Assembly: GCA_036229005.1 (NCBI GenBank)
Contig: JAZAMN010000073.1
Location: 49,427-113,426, forward strand
DNA: 64,000 nucleotides
DNA from: Myxococcota bacterium
Lineage (GTDB): Bacteria; Myxococcota_A; UBA796; CAJQPC01
Reading direction: 5' to 3'
Under the pieces are notes generated by a model. It searched no databases and was not told where the DNA came from. It saw only the letters and a list, made by a program, of their open reading frames with translations. The position numbers and the translations under genes are program-made. Positions 12,368 through 21,086 of this stretch are shown in pieces. Each line of letters begins with the position of its first letter. The stretch's first letter is position 1.

Positions 12368-14382
12368 TCTGCGTCCATCCGGGTGCGGAAGCTGGGAGAG
12401 CTGACCAGGGCGACCAGCAGCTCGACGATGGGGAGCCCCTCGGCACTCTGGGCGCCCAGCTCCTCCAGCAGGGCGTCATCCGCGGCCTCGGTCGTGCGGC
12501 CGTGGGTCCAGGAGAGCCAGTGGCCGGCGTAGCAGCGGTGCGTCTCGGGGTGCTGGGCGATGATCTCGACGAACTCGCGCCCGTGGGTCCAGCTCTCGCT
12601 GCCCCCGTCAAAGGAGAAGGTGCCGGAGGCGTCCACGGGCTTGCCGTTGTCCTCGCTCCGGATCTGACCCATCGCGTCGTAGGCCTCGAACGCAAAGCCC
12701 GGGGGGTTGATCATGGTGCTGTGGCACCCAGCGCCGCAGGTCCCGTCCCCCGTGTGGGCCTCGACCCGCTCCCGGTTGGTCTGGTCGGGGTCCAGCCCGG
12801 GGAGCCCGGTGACGTTGTCCGGCGGATCCGGCAGGTCCCGGCAGAGCACCTCCAGGTTCACGAACACGCCGCGGTGGATGGAGGACGGCGTGGTGCTGTC
12901 CGCGTGGTGGGAGAGCCAACCGGCCTGGGTGAGCAGTCCGCCGCGCTCGTTGGGGTCGAGCTCCACCCGCTCCATGCCTGTGTCCAGCTCGCCGGCGTCC
13001 AGGCCGTAGACCGGCGCCAGGTCCGCGTTCACGAAGGTGAAGGGCGCCGCATAGAGGCTGTAGACGCCCGACTGCTCCTGGAACACGACCTCGTCCACGA
13101 AGAGCTCGACCTCCCGGCGCATCGCGCTGTTCAGGTCGGCGCTCCACACCGGGAAGCGCTCGGGGTCCTTGTAGATGTTCTCGTAGGTGTCCAGGGCCAT
13201 GAGCTGGCCGTGGAAGTCCTCGACCACCGCCCGGGCCCGCGGATCCTCAAGCATGCGCCAGGCCTGCGCCTGGACCTCGGCCTCGGTGCCCAGCTCTCCC
13301 GCCGCGGCGGCCTCGAAGAGGGTCGCATCCGGCATGGAGTTCCACAGCGCGTAGCTGAGCTTCGCGGCGATCTCCCAGTCGTCCAGGGGGATGCGGCCGT
13401 CCTCGTCGGTCTCCTGGCTCGCCTCCACCCGGTACAGGAAGTGGGGGGACTGGAGCATGGTCGCCAGCGTGAGCTGCACACCGTCCGCGAAGTCGTCCCC
13501 GCTCTCGAAGATCTCTGGACCCTGCTGCCACAGCGAGGTCATCGTTTCGATCTCCGCGTCCGTCAAGGGGCGACGCCAGGCGCGCTGACCGAAGGCCGCG
13601 ATCCACGCCTCGGCCTCGGCCTGGCCCGCGGTGGACTCCCCCAGCAGCGAGCTGCCCCGCACCTGGAGGTAGTCCACGGACAGGTTGCGGTCGTTGCCCG
13701 CGTCCGCGTCGTAGCAGTCGTTGGTGAACTTGACCGAGACGTTGTGCACGCCGGCGGCCAGCTCCACGTCGTGCTCGTAGAGGGTGTAGGTGGGCGTGGT
13801 CTCCCCCTCCCCCACCAGCACATCGTCCACGTAGAGCTCGTAGGTCGCATAGACCTCGTCCCCGCAGTCGCTGCCCAGCAGCTCGGCGCCCACCGCGTAC
13901 TTGGCGTTGTTCGGCAGCTCGAAGTCGGCGCTCAAGGTGCCGGTGGACCAGAGCATCCACCCGCTGCTGATGCCGCCACCGGAGGTGGTGACCACCCCGT
14001 CGGCCTCGGCCTCGATGACCTCGACGTGCTCCTCCCCGCCGCTGCGGGGGTCCTGGGGCACCACGGCGGCATAGCGGTCTGGATCGCTGACCGTCAGCCG
14101 CGCCAGCTCCTCGGCCGCCCGCTGGTAGTCCTGGAAGCGCACCGCGTCGACCTGGAGGGCCTCGGCGTTGTTGTTGAAGCCTTCGGAGAGGGTGTCCTGC
14201 AGGAAGGCGTCGGACAGGCCGGTCTCGGCCTCCAGCGCCAGCAGGTCAGCGACTGTGTTCTCCCACTGGGTGTGGGTCAGTCGCGCAACCCGAGGGCTGG
14301 CCGTGACCTCAAGCTCCGCCTCGGTCGTAGGCGTCGCGTCCTGCTGGCAGCCACCGCAGGCGATCAAGAACAATGCGAGCAC
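12364..14382 (-). CDS. DUF1587/DUF1595/DUF1592/DUF1588-type lipoprotein with an inserted carbohydrate-binding-like module
   Basis: RLTHTQWENTVADLL, AWRRPLT, LQSPHFLYRVE, LSYALWNSMPD, RGGLLTQ, SIHRG, CHSTMINPPGFAFEAYDAMG; inserted FTND...DRNLSVDYL module; GTG start at 14382 with GGAGGA. Confidence 0.78.
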   Translation of the reverse strand: MLALFLIACGGCQQDATPTTEAELEVTASPRVARLTHTQWENTVADLLALEAETGLSDAFLQDTLSEGFNNNAEALQVDAVRFQDYQRAAEELARLTVSDPDRYAAVVPQDPRSGGEEHVEVIEAEADGVVTTSGGGISSGWMLWSTGTLSADFELPNNAKYAVGAELLGSDCGDEVYATYELYVDDVLVGEGETTPTYTLYEHDVELAAGVHNVSVKFTNDCYDADAGNDRNLSVDYLQVRGSSLLGESTAGQAEAEAWIAAFGQRAWRRPLTDAEIETMTSLWQQGPEIFESGDDFADGVQLTLATMLQSPHFLYRVEASQETDEDGRIPLDDWEIAAKLSYALWNSMPDATLFEAAAAGELGTEAEVQAQAWRMLEDPRARAVVEDFHGQLMALDTYENIYKDPERFPVWSADLNSAMRREVELFVDEVVFQEQSGVYSLYAAPFTFVNADLAPVYGLDAGELDTGMERVELDPNERGGLLTQAGWLSHHADSTTPSSIHRGVFVNLEVLCRDLPDPPDNVTGLPGLDPDQTNRERVEAHTGDGTCGAGCHSTMINPPGFAFEAYDAMGQIRSEDNGKPVDASGTFSFDGGSESWTHGREFVEIIAQHPETHRCYAGHWLSWTHGRTTEAADDALLEELGAQSAEGLPIVELLVALVSSPSFRTRMDAE

Positions 14383-14454
14383 AGGAGTCCTCCCTGCGCT
14401 CAGCGTCTCACGAACAGGCGTTCGAAAGGCTGTCAATCCGGCAACAGTGCCGGG

Positions 14455-15195
14455 TCAGCGCCGCTCGATCGCCTCTACCGCGAGGCGGTCCGCCCGCTCG
14501 TTCTCGGGGATCCCGACGTGCCCGGCGACCCAGTCCAGGCTCACGCCGGGGCGCTCCTTGAGGCGGGCGCGCAGGCCCAGGATCAGCTCGGTGTTCTTCT
14601 TGGCCTTCCAGCCCTTGGCCAGCACGCCGAAGCTGTACTGGGAGTCGGTGAACAGGGCCACGGGGGCGTCCGGCGCGATGCCCGCTTCGTCCAGCAGGTC
14701 CAGCGCCAGGCCGATCGCGGAGAGTTCGCCCACGTTGTTGGTGGCGCGGCCCAGGTAGGCCTTGCGCTCCAGCAGGGTCCCATCGGCCAGCTTGACCACG
14801 GCGCCGGAGCCCGTGGGTCCCGGATTGCCCTTGCAGGCGCCGTCCGTGAAGCACAGGTGCGTGCCCTCGGGCAGGGCGGCGATGCGCTTGGCGGCGTCCT
14901 TCTTGGCGGCTGCGGCCTGGGCCTGGGTGCGCGTGCCGGCCTTGCCGAAGCCGGAGCCCTGCTTGCCCCCGCTCTTGCCCTTGGGGCGCTCCGGGGCGGC
15001 CTCCCCCTCCCCCAGCTCGACGACGGCGCCGCCGGTGGGATCGCCCAGGCCCTTGGTGCCGGCGCGGTAGACCTTGGCCGACTCCTTGGGGCTGTAGCGG
15101 ATGGGGGTGCGGCCGCCCTCGGAGACGTAGGCTCCGCTGTCGGTGATGGCCGCGTAGACGGTCTTGCCCTTGAACTTGACGGGGATCCACTTCAT
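14455..15195 (-). CDS. rnhA: Ribonuclease HI with N-terminal extension
   Basis: FTDGACKGNPGP, TNNVGEL, FTDSQY, WVAGHVGIPENERADRLA; start at ATG 15195 (MKWIPV). Confidence 0.92.
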   Translation of the reverse strand: MKWIPVKFKGKTVYAAITDSGAYVSEGGRTPIRYSPKESAKVYRAGTKGLGDPTGGAVVELGEGEAAPERPKGKSGGKQGSGFGKAGTRTQAQAAAAKKDAAKRIAALPEGTHLCFTDGACKGNPGPTGSGAVVKLADGTLLERKAYLGRATNNVGELSAIGLALDLLDEAGIAPDAPVALFTDSQYSFGVLAKGWKAKKNTELILGLRARLKERPGVSLDWVAGHVGIPENERADRLAVEAIERR

Positions 15196-15214
15196 GCGGT
15201 GCCGACTAACCCCC

Positions 15215-15243
15215 TTGACCCGTCCAGGCCCCGTGCACAGACT
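15215..15243 (+). promoter_or_regulatory. Putative sigma70-type promoter TTGACC-N17-CAGACT
   Basis: Exact 17-bp spacing, upstream of the leader ORF and the RbfA-like gene. Confidence 0.45.
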
Positions 15244-15286
15244 GCGTCCGACCCCGGAGGCGACCCACTCGCCCGGGAGGGACACC

Positions 15287-15316
15287 ATGCAGCGCTCGGT
15301 ACACACCCCCGCCTGA
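15287..15316 (+). CDS. Putative leader peptide MQRSVHTPA
   Basis: GGGAGG Shine-Dalgarno, ATG at 15287, TGA at 15314-15316; followed by GC hairpins before the RbfA-like gene. Confidence 0.4.
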   Translation: MQRSVHTPA

Positions 15317-15412
15317 ATCCCCCTGAGCCCCATTCTGGGGTTCTCCCCGCGCCGTCGTGCGCGTCAGGCCAGCCAGAGACCGCCCCACAGTCGGGGTCGG
15401 GCTGGCCGTGCT

Positions 15413-15778
15413 GTGAGTGTTGTCATGCCCAATGAGAGCGGGCGGCGGAAGCGCCGCCCCGATCCCTTCTTCGAGGCCTCCCGCCGCAAGCAGGCCCAGC
15501 GCAAGGACCTCCAGGTCTGCGCGCAGGTCGCCCGCTGCCTCTGGGAGTCCCTGCCCATGGCCGGCGATCCGCTGCTGCAGCGGGTCCAGGTCCTGGAGGT
15601 GGTGCCCGCCCAGGGCCTCGCCGTGCTCGAGGTCCGCATCTGGTCCCCCGAGCCCCTGGTCCAGACCCTGCAGGCCCTGCGCAAGTCCAGCTCCTGGCTG
15701 CGGGAGGAGGTCGCCCAGGCCATCCACCGCAAGCGGGTGCCGACCCTGCGCTTTGTGTGGTGGCACCCGGAGATGTGA
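15413..15778 (+). CDS. RbfA-like (ribosome-binding factor A paralog) protein
   Basis: DPLLQRVQVLEVVP...LEVRI...LREEVAQAIHRKRVPTLRF resembles the RbfA KH fold; not in an infB-truB context; start may be ATG 15425. Confidence 0.7.
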   Translation: MSVVMPNESGRRKRRPDPFFEASRRKQAQRKDLQVCAQVARCLWESLPMAGDPLLQRVQVLEVVPAQGLAVLEVRIWSPEPLVQTLQALRKSSSWLREEVAQAIHRKRVPTLRFVWWHPEM

Positions 15779-15826
15779 TCCTGCCGCCTCCGGGGGGTCG
15801 ACCCCTCGGCCCTCCGGAGGTCCCCC

Positions 15827-16333
15827 ATGTCCCAGCCCCCCATGCGCGTCGTCAACGCCGCCGACGCCCCTGAAGAGACCCACTTCTCCGGCGACACCGG
15901 CCACCACTACCGCGTGCTCACGCCCCACAACCGCGAAGACGGCAGCCTGGGCGTCAGCCTCAACCGCCTGCCCCCGGGCAAGGTCGCCGTCCCCTTCCAC
16001 TGGCACGCCCTGGAGCACGAGGTCTTCTACATCCTGGAGGGCCGCGGGGTCTTTCGCTACGGCGACCAGCTCCGAGAGGTCGGCCCCGGCGACTGCCTGT
16101 CCTGCCCCGCCGGCACGCGCACCGCCCACCAGCTCGGGAACCCCTTCGACCAGGATCTGGTCTACCTGGGCATGGGCACCCACGAGCCGAACGAAGTCTG
16201 CGGCTACCCCGACAGCGACAAGCTGCTGGTCCGCCACGCCCAGGTCGTCGGCCGCATGGAGGCCACCCCCTACATGGACGGCGAGCCAAAGACCCCGCGC
16301 CTGCTGGCCCTTTGGGAGAGCCTGGAGCCGTGA
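15827..16333 (+). CDS. Cupin domain protein
   Basis: PFHWHALEHEVFYILEG, GDCLSCPAG, AHQL.N, YPDSDK. Confidence 0.88.
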   Translation: MSQPPMRVVNAADAPEETHFSGDTGHHYRVLTPHNREDGSLGVSLNRLPPGKVAVPFHWHALEHEVFYILEGRGVFRYGDQLREVGPGDCLSCPAGTRTAHQLGNPFDQDLVYLGMGTHEPNEVCGYPDSDKLLVRHAQVVGRMEATPYMDGEPKTPRLLALWESLEP

Positions 16334-17229
16334 TCCTGCTGCTGGCCTGCCTGGAGACGTCCAGCCCGACCTCGCCGGTGGAGGGGGTTTCAGCGCGTGT
16401 TGAGGGGGATGCGGTTGAGGAGGTGGACGTGGCCCCCGCCAGCGCCGTCCCCACCTCTCCGACCCTGAGCCTCCAGCAGATCTCGGAGACCCTGTCCCCA
16501 AGCGAGGTCACCCTGTCGCCGCGGGAGCCCCTGCTCTGCGATGGCGCCACCCCCTTCGCGGAGAACCTGAACGTGCTCTGCATCCACAGCGAGCCCGCCG
16601 GCGCCTGGGACGTGGAGGGCCCCCACCCCGGAACCCAGGGCATCTCGCTGATCCTGGAGCGCCACTCGTGGACCAGCGCGGAGGACGGCCAGGCGGCCCG
16701 GGATGGGCTGATCACCCAGGTCGGTATGGGCGCCGGCGGGGAGCAGGGCGCGTTCAGCTGGTGCCACCTGCAGCTCACCTGGGACGCGGAGGGGGCGTGG
16801 ATGCTGAGCCGGCCCTGCGCGGTCAGTCACCACGTGCGCTGGTCGACGGCGCTCCATGCGCTGCTGGTGGAGCACGGCACGCCGACCCTGGGGGCGGTGG
16901 GCGCCCGGGGGAGCTCCGGGGGGTGGGCGAAGCTGATCGATGCCCAGGGATCTCCCCTCACCCTCAGCGCATCACAGAGCGCGCGCAGCTTTGTACGGGT
17001 CACCGCAGTCGAGGACTGGGACGTGCTGAACCTGCGCGCTCGCCGCCCCCAGCCCGGCTGGGACCTCCCCCCCAAGGTGGGGGCGCTGGCGCCCGATGCC
17101 CAGTGTGTCCCGCTGCGCGTGCACCCTCGGGGGAGCGAATGGCGCTACGTGGAGGCCCCCGATGGGACGCTGGGCTGGGCCCACTCCAAATACCTGGAGG
17201 CCCAGCCGACCAGCGAGTGCTTGCGCTGA
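16330..17229 (+). CDS. Putative lipoprotein with C-terminal bacterial SH3-like domain
   Basis: GTG start overlaps the cupin stop (MILLLAC); C-terminal DVLNLRARR...WRYVEAPDGTLGWAHSKYLE. Confidence 0.6.
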   Translation: MILLLACLETSSPTSPVEGVSARVEGDAVEEVDVAPASAVPTSPTLSLQQISETLSPSEVTLSPREPLLCDGATPFAENLNVLCIHSEPAGAWDVEGPHPGTQGISLILERHSWTSAEDGQAARDGLITQVGMGAGGEQGAFSWCHLQLTWDAEGAWMLSRPCAVSHHVRWSTALHALLVEHGTPTLGAVGARGSSGGWAKLIDAQGSPLTLSASQSARSFVRVTAVEDWDVLNLRARRPQPGWDLPPKVGALAPDAQCVPLRVHPRGSEWRYVEAPDGTLGWAHSKYLEAQPTSECLR

Positions 17230-17231
17230 GC

Positions 17232-18467
17232 TCAGGCGGTGGTCTGGCGACCCTTGTCGAGCAGGGCGCCCAGGACGCGGTCGGGGCGGGTCAGGGTGCG
17301 CAGGGTGCCGCCGATCAGGCCGACCAGGCCGGCGCCGGCGACCATCGCGGCGCGCTTGAAGCTGAACTTGTTGCTCTTGCGGTGCACGGCCACGTCGGAG
17401 ATCAGCTTGTCCATCGTGGGGTCGATGGCGGCGTTGATCTGCTGCTCGGCCAGGGCGGTCTGGGTGTGGCTGCTCTTGAGCCCCTGGGCCTTGTTCGCCG
17501 TGTACTTGAGCTTGCTGGAGGGCACCTGCGCGCCGCCCAGGTGCGGGACCATGTCGCCACGCGCGTTGACCCGGGTGGACTTGGCGCCCTTGCGCTGGGG
17601 GTCCTTCTTGCCGGTGACCTTGGCGGCGGTGCCCATGTCGATGGCGGCGGCCTGGTAGGTCAGAAGGCGCAGCTTCTCGGGCGCGATGGCCGAGGCCAGC
17701 ACGTAGAAGCGCTGGGCCATGGCTCCCCCCAGAGAGTGCCCGGTGATGGTGATGCGCCCGTACTGCGCGGCCTCGTTGGCCCACTCGGTCATCACCCCCT
17801 CACCGTTGGCGAAGGCCGTGCGCCCCACGCCGCTGGGGTCCAGGTCCGCCAGAAAGCCCTTGGCCTGCCCGTCCTCTTCGGTGGCCGCGCTGCCCCCGGT
17901 CCCGCGGAAGCTGACGATGGCGTTCTTGGTGGTGTCCCCGTCCGCGGGGAGCATCATGGTGGCGTTCAGCCCGGCCTCGTTGTTGTAGGTCTTGGCGACC
18001 TTGTATTCGGAGGCGTAGGCGGACTCGGTGTCCGTCTGGTCCTCGTCGTCGCCCAGGATCTCGTCGATGCCCTTCTCGTTGGTGGACGTGGTGTTGATGT
18101 CCATCCCGCTGATGCTGTCCCCGGCCTCCAGCTTGAGGTAGGCCAGCTCCTGGCTCAGGAACTGGAAGAACTCGACCTCGCCCTGGAGCATGGGCGCATA
18201 GTGCTTGGAGAAGTGCTGCAAGAAGCGCCGCTTGACCTGGGGGTCCTTGGAGGACTTGGCCTTCGCGTAGCGGGCCTTGAGCTGGGCGTACCCAAGCTGC
18301 GGGTCGTCCACGACCTCCTTGGACACCGCGCTCAGGCCACTGTCGCTGCTCAGGGGGTCGGCCAGGTGGTCCGAGCTGGGCACCGGTGCCCCCGTGGTGG
18401 GCGACCGGGTGTCCTCGACCGAGGCGGTGGCCCGCTCTCGGGTGATGGGGGGCATGAGCTCGGGCAT
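17232..18467 (-). CDS. Lipase class 3 / alpha-beta hydrolase
   Basis: IVSFRGT, ITITGHSLGGAMAQ nucleophile elbow, GDMVPHL, SSH; start at ATG 18467 (GGAGG upstream). Confidence 0.8.
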   Translation of the reverse strand: MPELMPPITRERATASVEDTRSPTTGAPVPSSDHLADPLSSDSGLSAVSKEVVDDPQLGYAQLKARYAKAKSSKDPQVKRRFLQHFSKHYAPMLQGEVEFFQFLSQELAYLKLEAGDSISGMDINTTSTNEKGIDEILGDDEDQTDTESAYASEYKVAKTYNNEAGLNATMMLPADGDTTKNAIVSFRGTGGSAATEEDGQAKGFLADLDPSGVGRTAFANGEGVMTEWANEAAQYGRITITGHSLGGAMAQRFYVLASAIAPEKLRLLTYQAAAIDMGTAAKVTGKKDPQRKGAKSTRVNARGDMVPHLGGAQVPSSKLKYTANKAQGLKSSHTQTALAEQQINAAIDPTMDKLISDVAVHRKSNKFSFKRAAMVAGAGLVGLIGGTLRTLTRPDRVLGALLDKGRQTTA

Positions 18468-18549
18468 GGTGGGCCTCCGGAGCTTGAGAGATACCCCGCT
18501 TCTCCTCAAGTTGCTGGAGTTTCGGCGCTCAGGGGCTCCCAGCCGGTCT

Positions 18550-18806
18550 TCGGGCCGGGCATCCTGGGTCGAACGCCCGCTCGGGCCGGGCATGCTGGGT
18601 CGAACGCCCGCTCGGGCCGGCCATCCTGGGTCGAACGCACGCCCCAGCCGGGCATCCCGGGTCGAACGCCCGCGCAGACAGGTGCTCAGCGCCAGATCCG
18701 CCCTCGATGCCCCAGTTCCCCGGGCGTTCAACCCCAGATCCCCCAGATCCCCGGGCGTTCAACCCCAGATGCCCAAAATCCGCGGGCGTTCAACCCCGGA
18801 TGCCCC
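18550..18806. repeat. Two opposed tandem arrays of a 31-bp repeat (4 copies forward, 3 copies inverted)
   Basis: TCGGGCCGGGCATCCTGGGTCGAACGCCCGC-like units at 18550, 18581, 18612 and 18643; CGGGCGTTCAACCCCAGATGCCC-like units at 18721, 18752 and 18783. Confidence 0.9.
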
Positions 18807-21062
18807 CTACTCCACCACGAAGCTCTCCCCCGTCGACCGCGTGAACTCGTACAGGGAGTGGTTGAAGCAGCCCGCGCCGCAGCCCTCCGCATACAACCCC
18901 TCGCGGGCGGCCTGGACCTGCGGGTCGCGCCAGAGCTCGCCCAGCGGCCGCTCGAACACGTTGCCCACTGCGATGCCCTCGGCGCCCCACACGCAGCAGG
19001 GGAGCAGCTCGCCGGTGTAGGTCACGCCGTACTGGTCCACCAGCCCCAGGCAGCGCACGCGGGACAGCTCGCCGGCGTGGTAGCGCAGGCTCTGCTGGTC
19101 AAAGTGCCGGCGCTCGGCCATGCGCTCCTCCCGGGCGGCCAGGTGGGCGACCGCGGCCTCCCAGGCGGCGTGATCCTCGGCCGAGCTCAGGGCCAGGTCG
19201 GGGGCGTCGTTCACCGGCCAGAAGTCAAAGCCCGCGCCCAGCTCGCAGGCCAACTCGTAGACGGGGACCAGCTCCCCGATGTTCTCGCGGTTGGCCGTGA
19301 AGTAGATGCTCAGGGCGATCTCCGGGGCCCCCTCGCGCAGCGCCCGGATGCCCTTCATGGAGCGCTTGAAGGCGCCAGCCTGTCCTCGCAGGCGGTCGTG
19401 GGTCTCGCTGAGTCCGTCCAAGCTCACGCTCAGAGAGTTGACCCCAGATGTGCGCAGCTCTTCCCACCGCTTCTCGATCAGCGTCCCGTTGGTGGTGATG
19501 TTGACGGCCATCCCGAGCGCGCGGGCCCGCTTGACCACCGTGAAAAGGTCCGGGTGGATGAAGGGCTCCCCGCCGGTGATCACCAGGGTCTTGGTGCCGA
19601 TGCCCGCCGCCTGCTCCAGCAGGGTCAGCACCCGCGGAAGGGGCATGTTCTCGGGGTTGTCCCAGAGATCGCAGAAGCTGCAGCGCAGGTTGCAGCCCCG
19701 GTTGATCAGCAGGAGGAGGGTCAGAGGCTTGGAGGGCTCTCGGGGCGGCAGGTGCACCTCCACCGGATCCACGTCCCGCTCAAAACGCACGGGGGGCTGG
19801 GGGGCCCGCCCGAGGTCACGCTGGGCCCGGATCCACGCGTTGTAGTCCTGCCCGCGCCCGGCACCCTCGGCGTAGAGATCCAGACAGGCCTGCTGGATGG
19901 GGCCCCAGTCGTACCAGGCGACGAACGCGCGGGCCGCCTGGCCCATGGCGCGCCGCGCCTCGCTGTCATCGAGCAACTCCAGGACGGCCTGGGTGAAGGC
20001 GTCCGGGTCATCGTGGCGGGCGATCACGCTGTCGGGCGCCTGGATTCCCTCGGCCCCCTTGGTGAAGCTGACCGTGGGCTTGCCGGCGGCGAAGTACTCC
20101 AGGATCTTCATGCGGGTCCCGCCCCCGCTGGGCACCGGGCAGAGGCACACGTCCGCGCTCTGGATCCAGCCGGCGAGGTCCTCGACGGGCCCCAGAAAGC
20201 GGATGTTGGGGTGCGCGTAGTAGGTGGGCGGGGACATGCCCGCGATGCAGACCACCACGTCGGGGCGCACGCGGAGCAGGCGGGGCAGGAGCTGCTCGGC
20301 GATGAAGCGCACGGCCTGGGTGTTGGGCCAGTAGTGCAGGGTGCCGTGGAAGAAGAGCAGCGGTGTGTCGGTGTCCAGGCCCTGGGCGTAGCGCTTGTAG
20401 GGGCGCGGGGGGCCTTGGAAGCTGAGGGTGTCGACGCCGTGGGGGAGCACGGTGATCTTGTCGCCGGGGACGCCGCCGGTGACCATGCGCTGCTTGTCGT
20501 CGACGGAGACGGCGATGACGTGGTCGACGCGCTGCAGAGCCCAGAGCTCCAGGGCGCGGACGTGGCGGAGCTCGTCGTCGCTCAGGCCCAGGACGTCCTG
20601 GAGGCGGTCGTACTCCACGTTGTGTTGGACGATGGAGGACTGGCCTCCCAGCAGCTTGGCGGCCAGGATGCAGGGCAGCGCGTAGCCGGGGAACTCGGCC
20701 TGGTAGACCTGGATCTGCTCGCGGCGGCCGACGTAGAGCACGCGCGCCCACCACTGGGGGTCGAACTGGGGCTGGTAGAGGAAGGTCTCCTCGGCCGGGT
20801 AGCCGACGAGATCGCAGAGGCGCTGGGCCTGCCGCACGCCCAGGTTCATGCCGGGCCACTCCTGGGCGGCGCGGAAGCGGGGGCTGTAGGGGACGCGCTC
20901 GCGGCGCCCGGCTTCAAAGCGCCAGTAGGCGTCGCGGTCCTCGGTCACGATGCAGACCGTGGCCCCCAGCAGGGAGAGGGCCTGGGCGGTGCGGACGATC
21001 TTCACCGCCGCGCCGTGGTGCGTGGGGAAGAGGTCCCCGCGGGTGACGAGGGCGATGCGCAT
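18807..21062 (-). CDS. Glycosyltransferase family 4 - radical SAM/SPASM(Twitch) fusion protein
   Basis: N-half GT-B (HNVEYD, PHGVD, GGGTRMKILEYFAAGKP); C-half CNLRCSFC, ITGGEP, TTNGTL, SVSLDG...HDRLRG, and C-terminal Cys cluster (RCLG...PCC...GNV...CGAGC). Confidence 0.88.
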   Translation of the reverse strand: MRIALVTRGDLFPTHHGAAVKIVRTAQALSLLGATVCIVTEDRDAYWRFEAGRRERVPYSPRFRAAQEWPGMNLGVRQAQRLCDLVGYPAEETFLYQPQFDPQWWARVLYVGRREQIQVYQAEFPGYALPCILAAKLLGGQSSIVQHNVEYDRLQDVLGLSDDELRHVRALELWALQRVDHVIAVSVDDKQRMVTGGVPGDKITVLPHGVDTLSFQGPPRPYKRYAQGLDTDTPLLFFHGTLHYWPNTQAVRFIAEQLLPRLLRVRPDVVVCIAGMSPPTYYAHPNIRFLGPVEDLAGWIQSADVCLCPVPSGGGTRMKILEYFAAGKPTVSFTKGAEGIQAPDSVIARHDDPDAFTQAVLELLDDSEARRAMGQAARAFVAWYDWGPIQQACLDLYAEGAGRGQDYNAWIRAQRDLGRAPQPPVRFERDVDPVEVHLPPREPSKPLTLLLLINRGCNLRCSFCDLWDNPENMPLPRVLTLLEQAAGIGTKTLVITGGEPFIHPDLFTVVKRARALGMAVNITTNGTLIEKRWEELRTSGVNSLSVSLDGLSETHDRLRGQAGAFKRSMKGIRALREGAPEIALSIYFTANRENIGELVPVYELACELGAGFDFWPVNDAPDLALSSAEDHAAWEAAVAHLAAREERMAERRHFDQQSLRYHAGELSRVRCLGLVDQYGVTYTGELLPCCVWGAEGIAVGNVFERPLGELWRDPQVQAAREGLYAEGCGAGCFNHSLYEFTRSTGESFVVE

Positions 21063-21086
21063 CAGGGGGCCATTCTATCGGGGGCG

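Noticed and set aside
12502..15435. 977-aa plus-strand ORF (and similar shadows at 2..1042, 663..2303, 23356..26091, 39563..41869 and 54235..56268)
   Set aside because: Each lies antisense to a well-supported gene and has V/G/L/H-rich shadow composition.
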